Source: an uncultured Anaerolineaceae bacterium
Lineage (GTDB): Bacteria; Chloroflexota; Anaerolineae; Anaerolineales; E44-bin32
Length of the DNA: 64,000 nucleotides
Assembly: GCA_964385305.1 (NCBI GenBank)
Contig: CAYLOP010000001.1
Location: forward strand, 4,073-68,072
Direction: 5' to 3'
Positions 29,338 to 39,045 of this stretch are shown piece after piece; position 1 is the first letter of the stretch, and the number at the start of each line of letters is the position of its first letter. The notes below the pieces were generated by a model. The model saw only the letters and a list, made by a program, of their open reading frames with translations, made no database searches and was not told where the DNA came from. The position numbers and the translations under genes were made by a program.

Positions 29338-29562
29338 TTAATCCCCGGGAGGTGGGACTGGTAGATCGTCGACGGCGACAGAGACCCACTTGTCGCCCTC
29401 ATCGATGAGCATGACAGGAATATCGTCTTTGATAGGGTACTTGCGACCGCAATCCGGTTCTTGGCACACCAGCCAGGTATCCTTGACCAAAGTCAGTAGG
29501 CCTTCACGTTCGCGGACGCATGCCGGACAGCGTAATATCTCGAGCAGGTCTTCACTGATCAT
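29338..29562 (-). CDS. Trm112/YcaR-family small zinc-ribbon-like protein
   Basis: 74 aa with LLEILRCPAC...LVCQEPDCGRKYPIKDDIPVMLIDE, the UPF0434/Trm112 pattern. Confidence 0.75.
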   Translation of the reverse strand: MISEDLLEILRCPACVREREGLLTLVKDTWLVCQEPDCGRKYPIKDDIPVMLIDEGDKWVSVAVDDLPVPPPGD

Positions 29563-29674
29563 GATTCTCTCCTGGGCGACCCGATTCTACCATGGCGCAA
29601 GAAAAGAAATCTGTGCATGGTTTTGTCTTGTCCTCAATTGTGATCATTATAGGCGAGATTTGGGTGGGGTCCAC

Positions 29675-31510
29675 TCACTCTGTTATGGCGTCCCTGGGTA
29701 GTTCTGTGCCCGGCCCATATTCAAAAACCGCGCGCCATGGCAGGTAGTGGGTCTTGAACGTGTCTTTGAAGAGCGTTTCACCCCCGCGCTCGACGATCCG
29801 ATCGATGACGACGTCCATGCCATCCGCTTTCCACTCGACCTGTTCGATTTCCCCTTTATCTAGGTCGCGGTTCTCTTTGTAGAGCGGATCCGGCGCCTCA
29901 ATTTCATCATCGATGTCCCTGCTCCATGTCACGCTCCGACCATCGGAGGTTGAGTAGAACTTCCACAGGAGTTGGTTGCTGTAGATGTAGGTCTCCAACA
30001 AGAGCCAATAGGGGCGGTCGTTGGTGAATTTGAGGTCCACCATGGGCACAAACACGGTGGCGTCCAAGCCCGTTCCAGGCGAGCCGGGACCCTGCTCGTA
30101 GTATCCGACGCGATAAGCGTGTGGATGGCGTTCGTTAATGGGATAGCCACCGAAGAACGCGGCACGGAATAACGTGGTGCTCACCTGGCACACACCGCCT
30201 CCTACGCCCTCGATGGTGCTCTTGCCGTAGATGATCAGCGCCTCTGCGTACCCGTTATCGAGGCTGATATCGCCGAGGATTTCCGCCATGGACAGGGTTT
30301 CGCCAGGCGCCACGAGTAACCCGTGGAACTCACTCGAGGCGGTTTTGATATTCTGAATTCGGCCTGTGCTGGATCCGTTGAAGTACGTTGAGACAACGCT
30401 GACCGCCTCACTGATCCCTAAGTCAGCCGCGCTGGCGTCGTCGCCCACGGTTGGCGCGACGATCTCAAAGGCCAGAGGGATAGTGTGCTCGCCTGCGATG
30501 AGACCTACGTTGATAGCCTCGACCGTGGCTGGTATATCAAGCACGCGTCCCTGGACTGCGGATTGCAACAGGTCTAATTCACGCGTGTCATCGTTGAAGA
30601 TAAAACGAGCGTTTTGCGCGCTGCGTTCCAATTCAGGCATGAGCGGCTCGAGTGTGTGCATGAGCGTTTGAGGATCCAACGCCACATCGTAGCTGGCACT
30701 GCCAGTGTCATTAGCTAGTGTGAAGCGCAGCATCGGTGCAAGCTCAGAGGGTTCGATGACCCATGATTCAGCATCGTCGACGGTAAGCGTAAGCGGCGCG
30801 CTCAAAATGCCGCGGGCGAGATCCGCCTGGGCGGAGGCATCCAACACGAGCGGTGGGCTCTCTGTGATGTCCAACCGGATTTCTGCGTCATAAAATTTCC
30901 GGACGGGCTCCTCGAGCATTTCCAGGACGGATTGGATGTTAAGTTCACGGCCAATCTGGCCGGATTGTACGATGATTTCTGTGCCGTCCACGACCAGGGC
31001 CGCCTCCTGCGTCGGTTGATCGATCCCTTCTGCGAGTCCTTGCAGGTACGAGCCACCCACTTCATGATCGAAAATGATGATCGGCGCGATTGTGTGTCCG
31101 AGGTACCAGGCATCGATCTGCCCCTGAAGTGCGCGCACAAGACCACCTTGACGGCCAACGGCAAGGGCGTGAGCGGCCATTGTCTGTGTGTCGATCCGGA
31201 CACCTAACTCAGCGGGTTGAGCTATCCATACACGATCTCCATCCCTCAGGACGATCAAGCCGGTTTGCGGGTACGTGTGGGATAGGAGGAGGGCTGACTC
31301 AATTTGCTCGGCAGACATTCCAGAAAGCTCGACTCCTGCGGCATGAACCCCCGGTAGTGCACGGCCCGCATAGACAATTCGCTCGCCGAGCAGGAATATT
31401 CCCAATGCAAGCAGGAAAGCCGCACCAGCCACAAAAAGGGCTATGGTGACGCGTGTGGCTATTGCCAAGGTTTTCGATGTCTGTTTGGATAGTGTCCGAC
31501 TTGTGTCCAT
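29675..31510 (-). CDS. VanW family protein, N-terminally membrane anchored
   Basis: N-terminal TM helix. C-terminal VanW core GGGVCQVSTTLFRAAFFGGYPINERHPHAYRVGYY. Confidence 0.85.
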   Translation of the reverse strand: MDTSRTLSKQTSKTLAIATRVTIALFVAGAAFLLALGIFLLGERIVYAGRALPGVHAAGVELSGMSAEQIESALLLSHTYPQTGLIVLRDGDRVWIAQPAELGVRIDTQTMAAHALAVGRQGGLVRALQGQIDAWYLGHTIAPIIIFDHEVGGSYLQGLAEGIDQPTQEAALVVDGTEIIVQSGQIGRELNIQSVLEMLEEPVRKFYDAEIRLDITESPPLVLDASAQADLARGILSAPLTLTVDDAESWVIEPSELAPMLRFTLANDTGSASYDVALDPQTLMHTLEPLMPELERSAQNARFIFNDDTRELDLLQSAVQGRVLDIPATVEAINVGLIAGEHTIPLAFEIVAPTVGDDASAADLGISEAVSVVSTYFNGSSTGRIQNIKTASSEFHGLLVAPGETLSMAEILGDISLDNGYAEALIIYGKSTIEGVGGGVCQVSTTLFRAAFFGGYPINERHPHAYRVGYYEQGPGSPGTGLDATVFVPMVDLKFTNDRPYWLLLETYIYSNQLLWKFYSTSDGRSVTWSRDIDDEIEAPDPLYKENRDLDKGEIEQVEWKADGMDVVIDRIVERGGETLFKDTFKTHYLPWRAVFEYGPGTELPRDAITE

Positions 31511-31673
31511 TATGATTACTTAAGGGTGTGGATTATACCATCTATGCAGACGTTTCAACCGACCTTCTTGTTCCCGTATATTAAAACGCCCTTACCCAAG
31601 AATACTTCTCCTCCAGTTATCCAGGACGGTTGCAATATCCGATCCGTCGGGACGGCGATTTTTTAGCAAAGGT

Positions 31674-32405
31674 TCAGATCTCGAGATCAGGGTGCAGCCG
31701 GTCAAGGATGCCCGAGACGAATTTTCCCCCGCTGTGCTCACGCAAGAGTGTGTGTAAATCCTCCAGGGCGGATTCCACATCGGCACGAGCGTTATTGTGC
31801 AGTGCTTCCACGGTGATCAGCGCGGACTTCGTGTCCGCTCTTGATGCGCTCTCCGCGCTCTGACGCCAGCACCAACGGCGTGCAATCACGGTCTCCACCC
31901 GATCCGAGAATATGACTTCACCTGGGTCGGGATGAACGCTTTCGGTTTGGTGGAGAGGTGTGAAGTGCTCCGTGCCACCGGAAAACTGGACGCTGACAGG
32001 GAGCTCTAGGGCGCGTGTGTCAAACACGGCTACCGGTAAGGTGTAGCGAATACTGACGAGGTTGGCGATGTCAACAAGCGTATTGATGGATGGTATATCG
32101 CCGTACTTCATCAGGCGTCGCAGGAGCGCTTCGATCGCGCTGCGATATTGCGTGGGTTTTACGCCGAAGCTGCGAAATGCACTGCGCCAAGCCTGCACTG
32201 AAGAGAGTTCGGGCATCGGGGCGTCGCCAATTTGGTGGCGCGTGTCGCGTTGTTGAGCCTGATAGGCGGTGAGCAGCGTTGGCGGGGTGGGACCATTGTC
32301 CAGCTCCTGGCCGAAGATCACGCCAGCAACGAGTTGAGGGAAAGCGGTCAGAATATCAAGGTGGTAGTGAAAGGCGATCATCCAAAGCGCCTCCAGTATC
32401 TCCAA
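31674..32405 (-). CDS. B3/B4 tRNA-binding-domain protein (PheT B3/4-like, stand-alone)
   Basis: SAIEALLRRLMKYGDIPSINTLVDIANLVSIRYTLPVAVFD matches the B3_4 domain pattern. Confidence 0.7.
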   Translation of the reverse strand: MEILEALWMIAFHYHLDILTAFPQLVAGVIFGQELDNGPTPPTLLTAYQAQQRDTRHQIGDAPMPELSSVQAWRSAFRSFGVKPTQYRSAIEALLRRLMKYGDIPSINTLVDIANLVSIRYTLPVAVFDTRALELPVSVQFSGGTEHFTPLHQTESVHPDPGEVIFSDRVETVIARRWCWRQSAESASRADTKSALITVEALHNNARADVESALEDLHTLLREHSGGKFVSGILDRLHPDLEI

Positions 32406-32427
32406 GTAGGCATCGAGAAATTAATGA

Positions 32428-33366
32428 TTAGGGTTCCAGCCAAACCTGAACGCTGGAATAGTGGATCAATCCCGGAATGTCCGTGCCGGGTTCGGAGACG
32501 GCAATTCGACCCCATTGGGGGACGGAGATCTCGTAGGGAACCTCCACATCGAAGGTTCCTAGCTGTCCGATACCTGGGGCATCCAGCCGGACCTGGGCTG
32601 TGCCCACCTCATCCCCGTGCCAATCGACCACGCGGACCGTGAGCGGCACATCGGCATCTACCCATCCCGCACCTCGTACTAAAACGCGGCCTCCGCTTAC
32701 CTCGGCTTCTTCTTGTGGGTAATAAATGTTCAGCTTTTCGGGACCGAGGAAGGCAGGATAAACCAGGGAACTTCCGTTCGAGATCAAGACCAGGTTAACA
32801 GTAGCTAGTTGGCTCAATTGGTGGTCGCGAGCACCGTAGGTGCTCACTTCAAGCCGGGCGGTTTCGGCGACATGATCAATGATGAAGGGCACTTTAGAGT
32901 AGAAGCGCCCCGCATTTCCTGGAAGCACGAGAAGGTAGCCGACACCCTCCGAGAGGACTTTTCCACCCTCGCCGATCAATCTGAGGTGCACTCGGTCCTT
33001 ATAAGCCGGGCCGCCAAATCCCGCAACCTGGAAAGGGCTTGTGACTTGTGAACCGGGTCCGGGCTGATAGATGCTGATAGCAGCATCAGGAACCCCCACT
33101 GCTGGAGCAGGCGGTGTGGGTGTGGGTTCCGGGTTGTAGGATTCGATCACGATGGCGGGTGTAGCTTCAGTGAGAGGATGCGGTGTGACGGAACTCAGCG
33201 GATCGGGGGTTTGTGAGGCGGTTGGAAGTGGCGCGTCCGTCGCCCGCGGAAGATCAGGCGGCACAGTCTTCGTTACGGCAGGCGTACAAGCCACGGCACA
33301 AGCTCCCATGCAGGCAAGAAGCAGGAGCGCTCGCTTCCAGTGGGTCTTCATGTCTTGTCCCCACAA
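32428..33366 (-). CDS. Secreted lipoprotein with two Gmad2-like immunoglobulin-fold domains
   Basis: Signal peptide with lipobox-like LLLACMGACAVAC, then a Pro/Thr linker. Two Gmad2-like units follow (VTSPFQVAGFGG...; VSGGRVLVRGAGWV...). Confidence 0.55.
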   Translation of the reverse strand: MWGQDMKTHWKRALLLLACMGACAVACTPAVTKTVPPDLPRATDAPLPTASQTPDPLSSVTPHPLTEATPAIVIESYNPEPTPTPPAPAVGVPDAAISIYQPGPGSQVTSPFQVAGFGGPAYKDRVHLRLIGEGGKVLSEGVGYLLVLPGNAGRFYSKVPFIIDHVAETARLEVSTYGARDHQLSQLATVNLVLISNGSSLVYPAFLGPEKLNIYYPQEEAEVSGGRVLVRGAGWVDADVPLTVRVVDWHGDEVGTAQVRLDAPGIGQLGTFDVEVPYEISVPQWGRIAVSEPGTDIPGLIHYSSVQVWLEP

Positions 33367-33558
33367 CGCATCGAAAGTTCATCGCCAAGGATGCGATCGA
33401 CGGCTTGTTTGAGCACATATAGGTCTCTATGGACGACATGAGTAAAGACGCTCTTAAGGCTATTGACCGGGACAGGGAGAAGTCCGGCTTTTTTCAGTAC
33501 GTTGGTGCCGGATTTCATCGTCGCACACACATTCCCTGTGTCGAAATGATCGATCGTA

Positions 33559-34650
33559 TCATGTGAGTGAAGCCCAGACCTCGAGTTCGGCTGCTACTCT
33601 ACGAATGACATCATCGGTAAATTCCGTTGTGGTGGCATGTCCTCCCATATCGGGCGTGGAAATCACGCTGTAGATAGCCTCAAAGGTGGATTCATAGATG
33701 GCGCGCGAGGCAAGCTTGGCATTCGGGTGGTCGATGTAAGTCAACAATGCTGCGCCAGCAAGAATCATCGCCATGGGATTGGCGATGTTTTTACCACGCA
33801 GCGTTGGTGCTGTGCCATGGGGCGCTTCCGCCATGACAACATCGACCTTGGTGGAGGTTTTATCGAATGCAAGAACCAACGATTCTGCCCCAGCAATCGA
33901 GCCATACATTACGAGCACGAGATCGGAAAGACAGTCCCCATCGCGATTGAGTGTCGGGATCACCAGCGCTTCACCTGCATGACGCATGAGCAAGGCATAG
34001 GTTGCATCAATCAACTGCGGGTCATACCGGACGGAGGGATGGCGCGCGGCCGCAGCATTCAATTCCTCCATAAACATGCCCTCATACACAGGGCTGACCG
34101 TGAATTTCGAGCCGCCGAAAACCTTGGCGCCGGTTTTCTCTGCATGCTGGAAAGAAAACTCAGCCACTGCCCTGCACATTGAGCGCGAGATTCGCTCGAT
34201 GCGTTGGGCGATCTCGTCGCCCTGCGCGTCAAAATGGCGGCTCTCCTCCGCACCGTACGCGCCGCCAACCGCCATGCGAACGACCGAGATCGGGGCGTGG
34301 ATTCCGCCTACAGGGCGGACATTCTGAAGACGTCGACCCGTTCGCAGGATCACTTTGCCGTCGATGGCTTCTCGCAGAATGGCGTTTGGGCTTCCAACGT
34401 CGTTGGGTTCAGAAGGAGAAATGGTAGCAGCTTTAAAACCCAAACCAGTCCGACACATTGCATGAGCAGCTTGAAGGACAATTTCGTTGCTCGTAGCGCG
34501 GCGGGTTTGGATGCTCAGGTCAAAATGCTCCATGGCTAAAGGAACCCAGCAAATTTCAGGGTCGAGAACCCGCAAAGCCTCTTCAAGCAATTCTTGACCC
34601 GTTTCGTCACCATCCAAGATGACGACGGTTATGCTTTCGGTGTCAGACAT
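33559..34650 (-). CDS. Isocitrate/isopropylmalate dehydrogenase family protein
   Basis: 363 aa with ITVVILDGDETGQEL at the N-terminus and NRDGDCLSDLV (metal/substrate Asp cluster), typical of the beta-decarboxylating dehydrogenase family. Substrate is not assignable by eye. Confidence 0.8.
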   Translation of the reverse strand: MSDTESITVVILDGDETGQELLEEALRVLDPEICWVPLAMEHFDLSIQTRRATSNEIVLQAAHAMCRTGLGFKAATISPSEPNDVGSPNAILREAIDGKVILRTGRRLQNVRPVGGIHAPISVVRMAVGGAYGAEESRHFDAQGDEIAQRIERISRSMCRAVAEFSFQHAEKTGAKVFGGSKFTVSPVYEGMFMEELNAAAARHPSVRYDPQLIDATYALLMRHAGEALVIPTLNRDGDCLSDLVLVMYGSIAGAESLVLAFDKTSTKVDVVMAEAPHGTAPTLRGKNIANPMAMILAGAALLTYIDHPNAKLASRAIYESTFEAIYSVISTPDMGGHATTTEFTDDVIRRVAAELEVWASLT

Positions 34651-35011
34651 CGTTCGTCAACTCCGAGATCGCTTTTTCCAAGGCCTGCAGGTCGATCGGT
34701 TTTCGGAGACAGGCATTTCCCCCGGCCGTATAGACATGCTGTTCAAGGTCATCTTCATGGCTGGCGCTAAGGACAATCACAGGCAAGTCTTTGCCCTCTG
34801 GCATCGATCGTAGGCGGGCTAGCATTTCATAGCCGTCCATACCTGGCATCATGAGATCGAGAAGGACAATGTCCGGTCGTTCGCTGGTGACCATCTCAAG
34901 TCCTTGCATGGCATGGTATGCGATAAATGGTGTATGTCCGCGCAGAGACATTGTCATCGCAAGCAATTCGGCGGTCACCTTTTCATCGTCAACGATTAAA
35001 ATACGAGCCAT
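34643..35011 (-). CDS. Single-domain response regulator (CheY-like receiver)
   Basis: ILIVDDE, phospho-acceptor context VLLDLMMPGMDG, VIVLSA, and conserved Lys in LRKP. Overlaps the downstream IDH-family gene by 8 nt. Confidence 0.9.
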   Translation of the reverse strand: MARILIVDDEKVTAELLAMTMSLRGHTPFIAYHAMQGLEMVTSERPDIVLLDLMMPGMDGYEMLARLRSMPEGKDLPVIVLSASHEDDLEQHVYTAGGNACLRKPIDLQALEKAISELTNDV

Positions 35012-35334
35012 GGCATCGCCTCAATCAATAGCCGCTTGCGTTGGATCGCCGACCCTCCAAGCGTGGCGCCGAGGTGCGTTGGGAACATACCCGGGTGCCC
35101 TGAATCAAGAAGGTAAGTCCACAGGTCGCACGGATCCCCTTCTGGCTGCCACATATCTCCTTGAGGGGAAAATCGATGTCTTACCCCACGCACATGCAAA
35201 TCTAAAGTCCTCTATCGAGGGGGTCTCAAGGCAGCCAATGTAAGAAGCTGCAATTTGACCTCCGGGATTAACCGTGACCTTATTCTAGCATTGCGTCTGG
35301 CTGTTTGTTCCCCTATCCAACATTCAGGTAATTC

Positions 35335-36840
35335 TTATAGTGCATAGATATCGCCGAATTTTTCCCGCAAGTAGCGCATGTACGGTTCCGCCGTCAGGCT
35401 GCTACCGGTGACGCGTTGTAAGAGCTCCATCGGGTCGAATTTGGCGCCGTGCTGGTGTATGTTTTTACGCAACCAACCTAGCAGCGCGTCGAATTCAGCG
35501 CATTCAATTCGGCGTTCGATGTCCGGGATATCCTCTTCGATCTTGACCCATAGTTGGGATGCGATCAAGTTACCGATGGCGTAGGTGGGGAAATATCCAA
35601 GCAGGCCGCTGGACCAATGGACATCCTGTAAAACACCCTGTGCGTCATCGGGTGGTGTGATCCCCAGGGATTCTTCCATCTTGCTGTTCCAAGCATCAGG
35701 CAGGTCGTGGATAGCCAATTTCTTTTCCATGAGCGCCAGTTCGATCTCGAAGCGCAGCATGATGTGAAGATTGTAGGTCGCCTCGTCGGCTTCAACACGT
35801 ATCAGCGAACGCTCCACCTTATTGATAGCACGGTAGAAGGCATCAAGGTCGACATTCCCCAATTGGCTGGGGAAGGTCTCCTGTAAGCGCGGATAAAACC
35901 CAACCCAGAATGCCTTGCTGCGCCCAACCAGGTTTTCCCACATGCGAGATTGGGATTCATGCATGGCCAGCGAAGCACCCTCCGCGAGCGGTGTGCGGCT
36001 GAATTCAGGATTTATGCCCTGTTCATACATGGCGTGACCAGCTTCGTGCATCGTGCTGAAGATACCGGTATTGAAGAAGTTGGTGTCGAAGCGGGTCGTA
36101 ATCCGCACATCTCCGCATCCAAATTTCGTGGTGAAAGGATGGACCGCTTTATCTTGCCTGCCGCGATTGAAGTCATAACCAAATGCTCTTACAACCTCGA
36201 TGCCAAAATCCCATTGCTTGCGTTCGTCGAAGTGCTGATGGAGAACTGCATCGTCTACAGCCTTGCCGCGCTCAGCGATTTCGCGCACCAACTCGATTTG
36301 TTGTGGCCGCAAGACCTCGAAGACGGCCTTCACATCGGCGGTCTTCATCCCGGGCTCGAAGTCGTCGAGCAGCGGGTCGTAGGGGTGATCAAAGGGTGTG
36401 AAGAATTCGGCATACTGGTTCCGAAGCTCAAAGACCTTCTCCAAGTGTGGCTCGAAATGTGCGAAGTCCGAATCCTCACGCGCCTTCTCCCATGCCTGGT
36501 GAGCAAGCGCGGTGACCCGTGCATACTCGCCCACCCAAGTCGAAGGCACCTTTCGTTGTTTATCGAAATCGTGCTTCGTTTTACGCAAGAATCGCGCGTC
36601 GTCGGAATCCGAATCGAGATCGGCCACGCTTTTAGCAGCTTCTTCCAAGGCATTGTCCAGATTGTCGCCGGTAAATTTCTCATGAGCGAGACGGCTGAGG
36701 GTGGAAAGCTGCATCGCTCGTTCAGCAGCACCTCCCTTGGGCATATACGTTTGCTGATCCCATCCCAGGACCGACGCGGCGGCTCCGAGATCAGATATCT
36801 CACCAAGAATTTCGCGGAGCCTCTCGAGCTTATCAGTCAT
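35335..36840 (-). CDS. Carboxypeptidase M32 (Taq-type metallocarboxypeptidase)
   Basis: 501 aa with HEAGHAMYE zinc motif, HESQSRMWEN, and the IRVEADEATYNLHI block characteristic of M32. Confidence 0.9.
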   Translation of the reverse strand: MTDKLERLREILGEISDLGAAASVLGWDQQTYMPKGGAAERAMQLSTLSRLAHEKFTGDNLDNALEEAAKSVADLDSDSDDARFLRKTKHDFDKQRKVPSTWVGEYARVTALAHQAWEKAREDSDFAHFEPHLEKVFELRNQYAEFFTPFDHPYDPLLDDFEPGMKTADVKAVFEVLRPQQIELVREIAERGKAVDDAVLHQHFDERKQWDFGIEVVRAFGYDFNRGRQDKAVHPFTTKFGCGDVRITTRFDTNFFNTGIFSTMHEAGHAMYEQGINPEFSRTPLAEGASLAMHESQSRMWENLVGRSKAFWVGFYPRLQETFPSQLGNVDLDAFYRAINKVERSLIRVEADEATYNLHIMLRFEIELALMEKKLAIHDLPDAWNSKMEESLGITPPDDAQGVLQDVHWSSGLLGYFPTYAIGNLIASQLWVKIEEDIPDIERRIECAEFDALLGWLRKNIHQHGAKFDPMELLQRVTGSSLTAEPYMRYLREKFGDIYAL

Positions 36841-37101
36841 TTGAACTCCTTCTGATTTGTTGGTATCGCATAAATCGTCTGCAAATCGTGTAAGGCGGGT
36901 GTTTCCCCTTATAGGTCCATGGACGAATTTGGGAAGCCCACCAATTGTACACCGTTCGCGGCGCTTCGAGGCTTGGTAACTTCGGCATCAACGACTCGAT
37001 CTATGTTGGCTTAAACATTCATATGGTGATCGATTAGGGCGCGTTGATCCGGCTGACTTTCTCCTGGATTGTGTAGTCGAGCTCAGATGGGTGGCTGCCG
37101 A

Positions 37102-37561
37102 TCAGGACAAACCTCTTCTGCTATACGTCTGTTCGATCTCATGCAAATGAGATAAACAGGCATCGTCCACTGGATTCGGAGAATATGCCATGTCGAACCA
37201 GGCCTCTAAGATCTCCTTAGCCTGCGCCTCCGAAGTGTGCCGTAAGGAGAGAAACAGCACATTGGCATCGTTCCATAAGCGTGTGCCACGAGCCGTCTCG
37301 GCGTCATCACAGAGCGCGGCGCGCACACCGGGGATTTTATTCAGGCGATGCTCACACCCGTGCCTGTCTAGCAGAAGAGAATCCCCTCTTTCGTTTCAGC
37401 TTGCGCCACAGCTTCGCCCACACCCCGGTGATTTTCGACCACGGTTCTTCGGTTTTGGTGAGCGGACCATAGCGTGTAATTTGATGCCCGCCTTCATGCA
37501 GCCTTTCAAGAACAGCTTGCGTTAGTGTGGTGCGCTCATCCGAGCCGACAGCGATCTTCAT
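37102..37561 (-). pseudogene. rpiB: Disrupted RpiB/LacA/LacB-family sugar-phosphate isomerase gene
   Basis: The N-terminus MKIAVGSDERTTLTQAVLERLHEGGHQITRYGPL (from 37561) and the C-terminus PGVRAALCDDAETARGTRLWNDANVLFLSLRHTSEAQAKEILEAWF (to 37102) lie in different frames. The middle part (GVGEAVAQAETKEGILFC*TGTGVSIA) is in the third frame. It carries an in-frame TAG (plus-strand CTA at 37368-37370). Confidence 0.75.
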
Positions 37562-37755
37562 CCACCTTCTCCTCTCTTATACGCCCATATTATTTAGTGT
37601 CTATCAGTTATGATGAACAGTACGTGGGGGTATCGTCGGGTTATCGTTGGGCGTCACTCAGACCTGAGTGTAATAATGCGATTGTCACTCTGACAGGCGG
37701 TTCCGTAAGGCGGCCTGTTTATGGGATAATAAGAGCCTCGACAGGAGGAAAATAC

Positions 37756-39045
37756 GTGGAATTCAACAAGGTCTGCGTGCTGGGCTTAGGCTATATCGGT
37801 CTGCCCACAGCAAGCACCTTCGCCACCCATGGGATTCATGTTGTTGGTGTTGATGTCAACCAACGGGTCGTCGATGTCTTGCGCAATGGCGATATCCACA
37901 TCCACGAACCAGGGCTGAGCACGCTTGTCAAGGGAGCTTTCTATTCGGGGTGTTTGCTGGTCAGCGAGAAGCCTGAGGAGGCGGATGCTTTCATCATCGC
38001 TGTACCCACACCGCTTGAGGACGGGGACCTGAAACGAGCAGACATGCGTTACGTGATCGCCGCGGCCGAATCGATCGTACCCCTTCTCAAACCAGGCAAC
38101 TTGGTTGTGCTCGAATCGACCTCGCCTCCCCGGACTACCGTCGATGTTGTGGCGCCCATCTTGGAACGTTCCGGGATGAAAGCGGGGTCAGATTTCTATT
38201 TGGCCTACTCCCCGGAACGCGTCTTGCCCGGCAAGATCTTGCATGAGCTTATCGAGAACGCGCGTGTGATCGGGGGTGTGGATCAGACCTCAGCTGAGGT
38301 TGGACGGGATCTGTACACCACGTTTGTGCGTGGCGAGATACGCCTTACGGATGCCACTACGGCTGAAATGGTCAAGTTGATGGAGAATACGTATCGGGAT
38401 GTGAACATCGCTGTGGCGAATGAATTCGCACGGCTGGCGGATCATTTCGGCATTGATGTGTGGGAGGCGATCGAAATTTCAAACCTCCACCCCCGCGTGA
38501 ATATCTTGCAGCCAGGACCCGGGGTCGGAGGGCATTGCATCAGCATCGATCCGTGGTTTTTGGTGGAAGCTGCGCCGGATCTCACCCCGCTCATTCGGCA
38601 GGCAAGGTTTGTCAACGATAGCCAGCCGGCTTACGTTGTCCAGCTTGTGGAACGTGTGCTGGAAGGGCTGGAGGGCAAGACCATTGCGGTGTTGGGCTTG
38701 ACGTATAAGCCTGATGTCGATGATCTGCGCGAGAGCCCAGCCGTTGAAGTGACGCGTATCCTAGCGGAACGCGGTGCGCGTGTGCAGACCTATGAGCCCT
38801 TTGCACCGCATGAAAGCGCACCAGGCGCGCATGCCATGTCCACCCTCGATGAGACGTTGGGCGATGCGGATGCAGTGATCCTTCTCGTTGATCATCGGGC
38901 GTTCCGCGCGTTGGATCCGCAGTTTGTTGCGGCGGCAATGCCAGGCCGAGTCGCGATCGATACACGGGGGGTATGGAATCGGAAAGCCTGGGTGGATGCC
39001 GGCTTTCAAATGTATGTGCTTGGCGTAGGAGGCGCGTATGCGTAA
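37756..39045 (+). CDS. wecC: UDP-N-acetyl-D-mannosamine (or UDP-GlcNAc) 6-dehydrogenase, nucleotide-sugar dehydrogenase family
   Basis: VCVLGLGYIGLPTA Rossmann N-terminus, catalytic Cys in GPGVGGHCISIDP, and a C-terminal UDP-binding domain. The GTG at 37756 is preceded by AGGAGG; the ORF opens at 37525. Confidence 0.85.
   Translation: MEFNKVCVLGLGYIGLPTASTFATHGIHVVGVDVNQRVVDVLRNGDIHIHEPGLSTLVKGAFYSGCLLVSEKPEEADAFIIAVPTPLEDGDLKRADMRYVIAAAESIVPLLKPGNLVVLESTSPPRTTVDVVAPILERSGMKAGSDFYLAYSPERVLPGKILHELIENARVIGGVDQTSAEVGRDLYTTFVRGEIRLTDATTAEMVKLMENTYRDVNIAVANEFARLADHFGIDVWEAIEISNLHPRVNILQPGPGVGGHCISIDPWFLVEAAPDLTPLIRQARFVNDSQPAYVVQLVERVLEGLEGKTIAVLGLTYKPDVDDLRESPAVEVTRILAERGARVQTYEPFAPHESAPGAHAMSTLDETLGDADAVILLVDHRAFRALDPQFVAAAMPGRVAIDTRGVWNRKAWVDAGFQMYVLGVGGAYA

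Noticed and set aside
35950-36855. 301-aa + strand ORF
   Set aside because: It is antisense to the M32 carboxypeptidase (HEAGH motif on the minus strand). It is a shadow ORF.
37330-37430. Programmed frameshifting or stop read-through in the rpiB-like gene
   Set aside because: Three different lesion types occur within ~80 nt: a 2-nt expansion, a TAG nonsense codon and a 1-nt loss. I saw no slippery heptamer or downstream stimulatory structure. Decay is the simpler reading.
37628-37650. Imperfect tandem repeat GGGTATCGTC / GGGTTATCGTT upstream of the glycan locus
   Set aside because: It has only two imperfect copies of ~10 nt. It could be an operator half-site pair, but it is too short to support from sequence alone.
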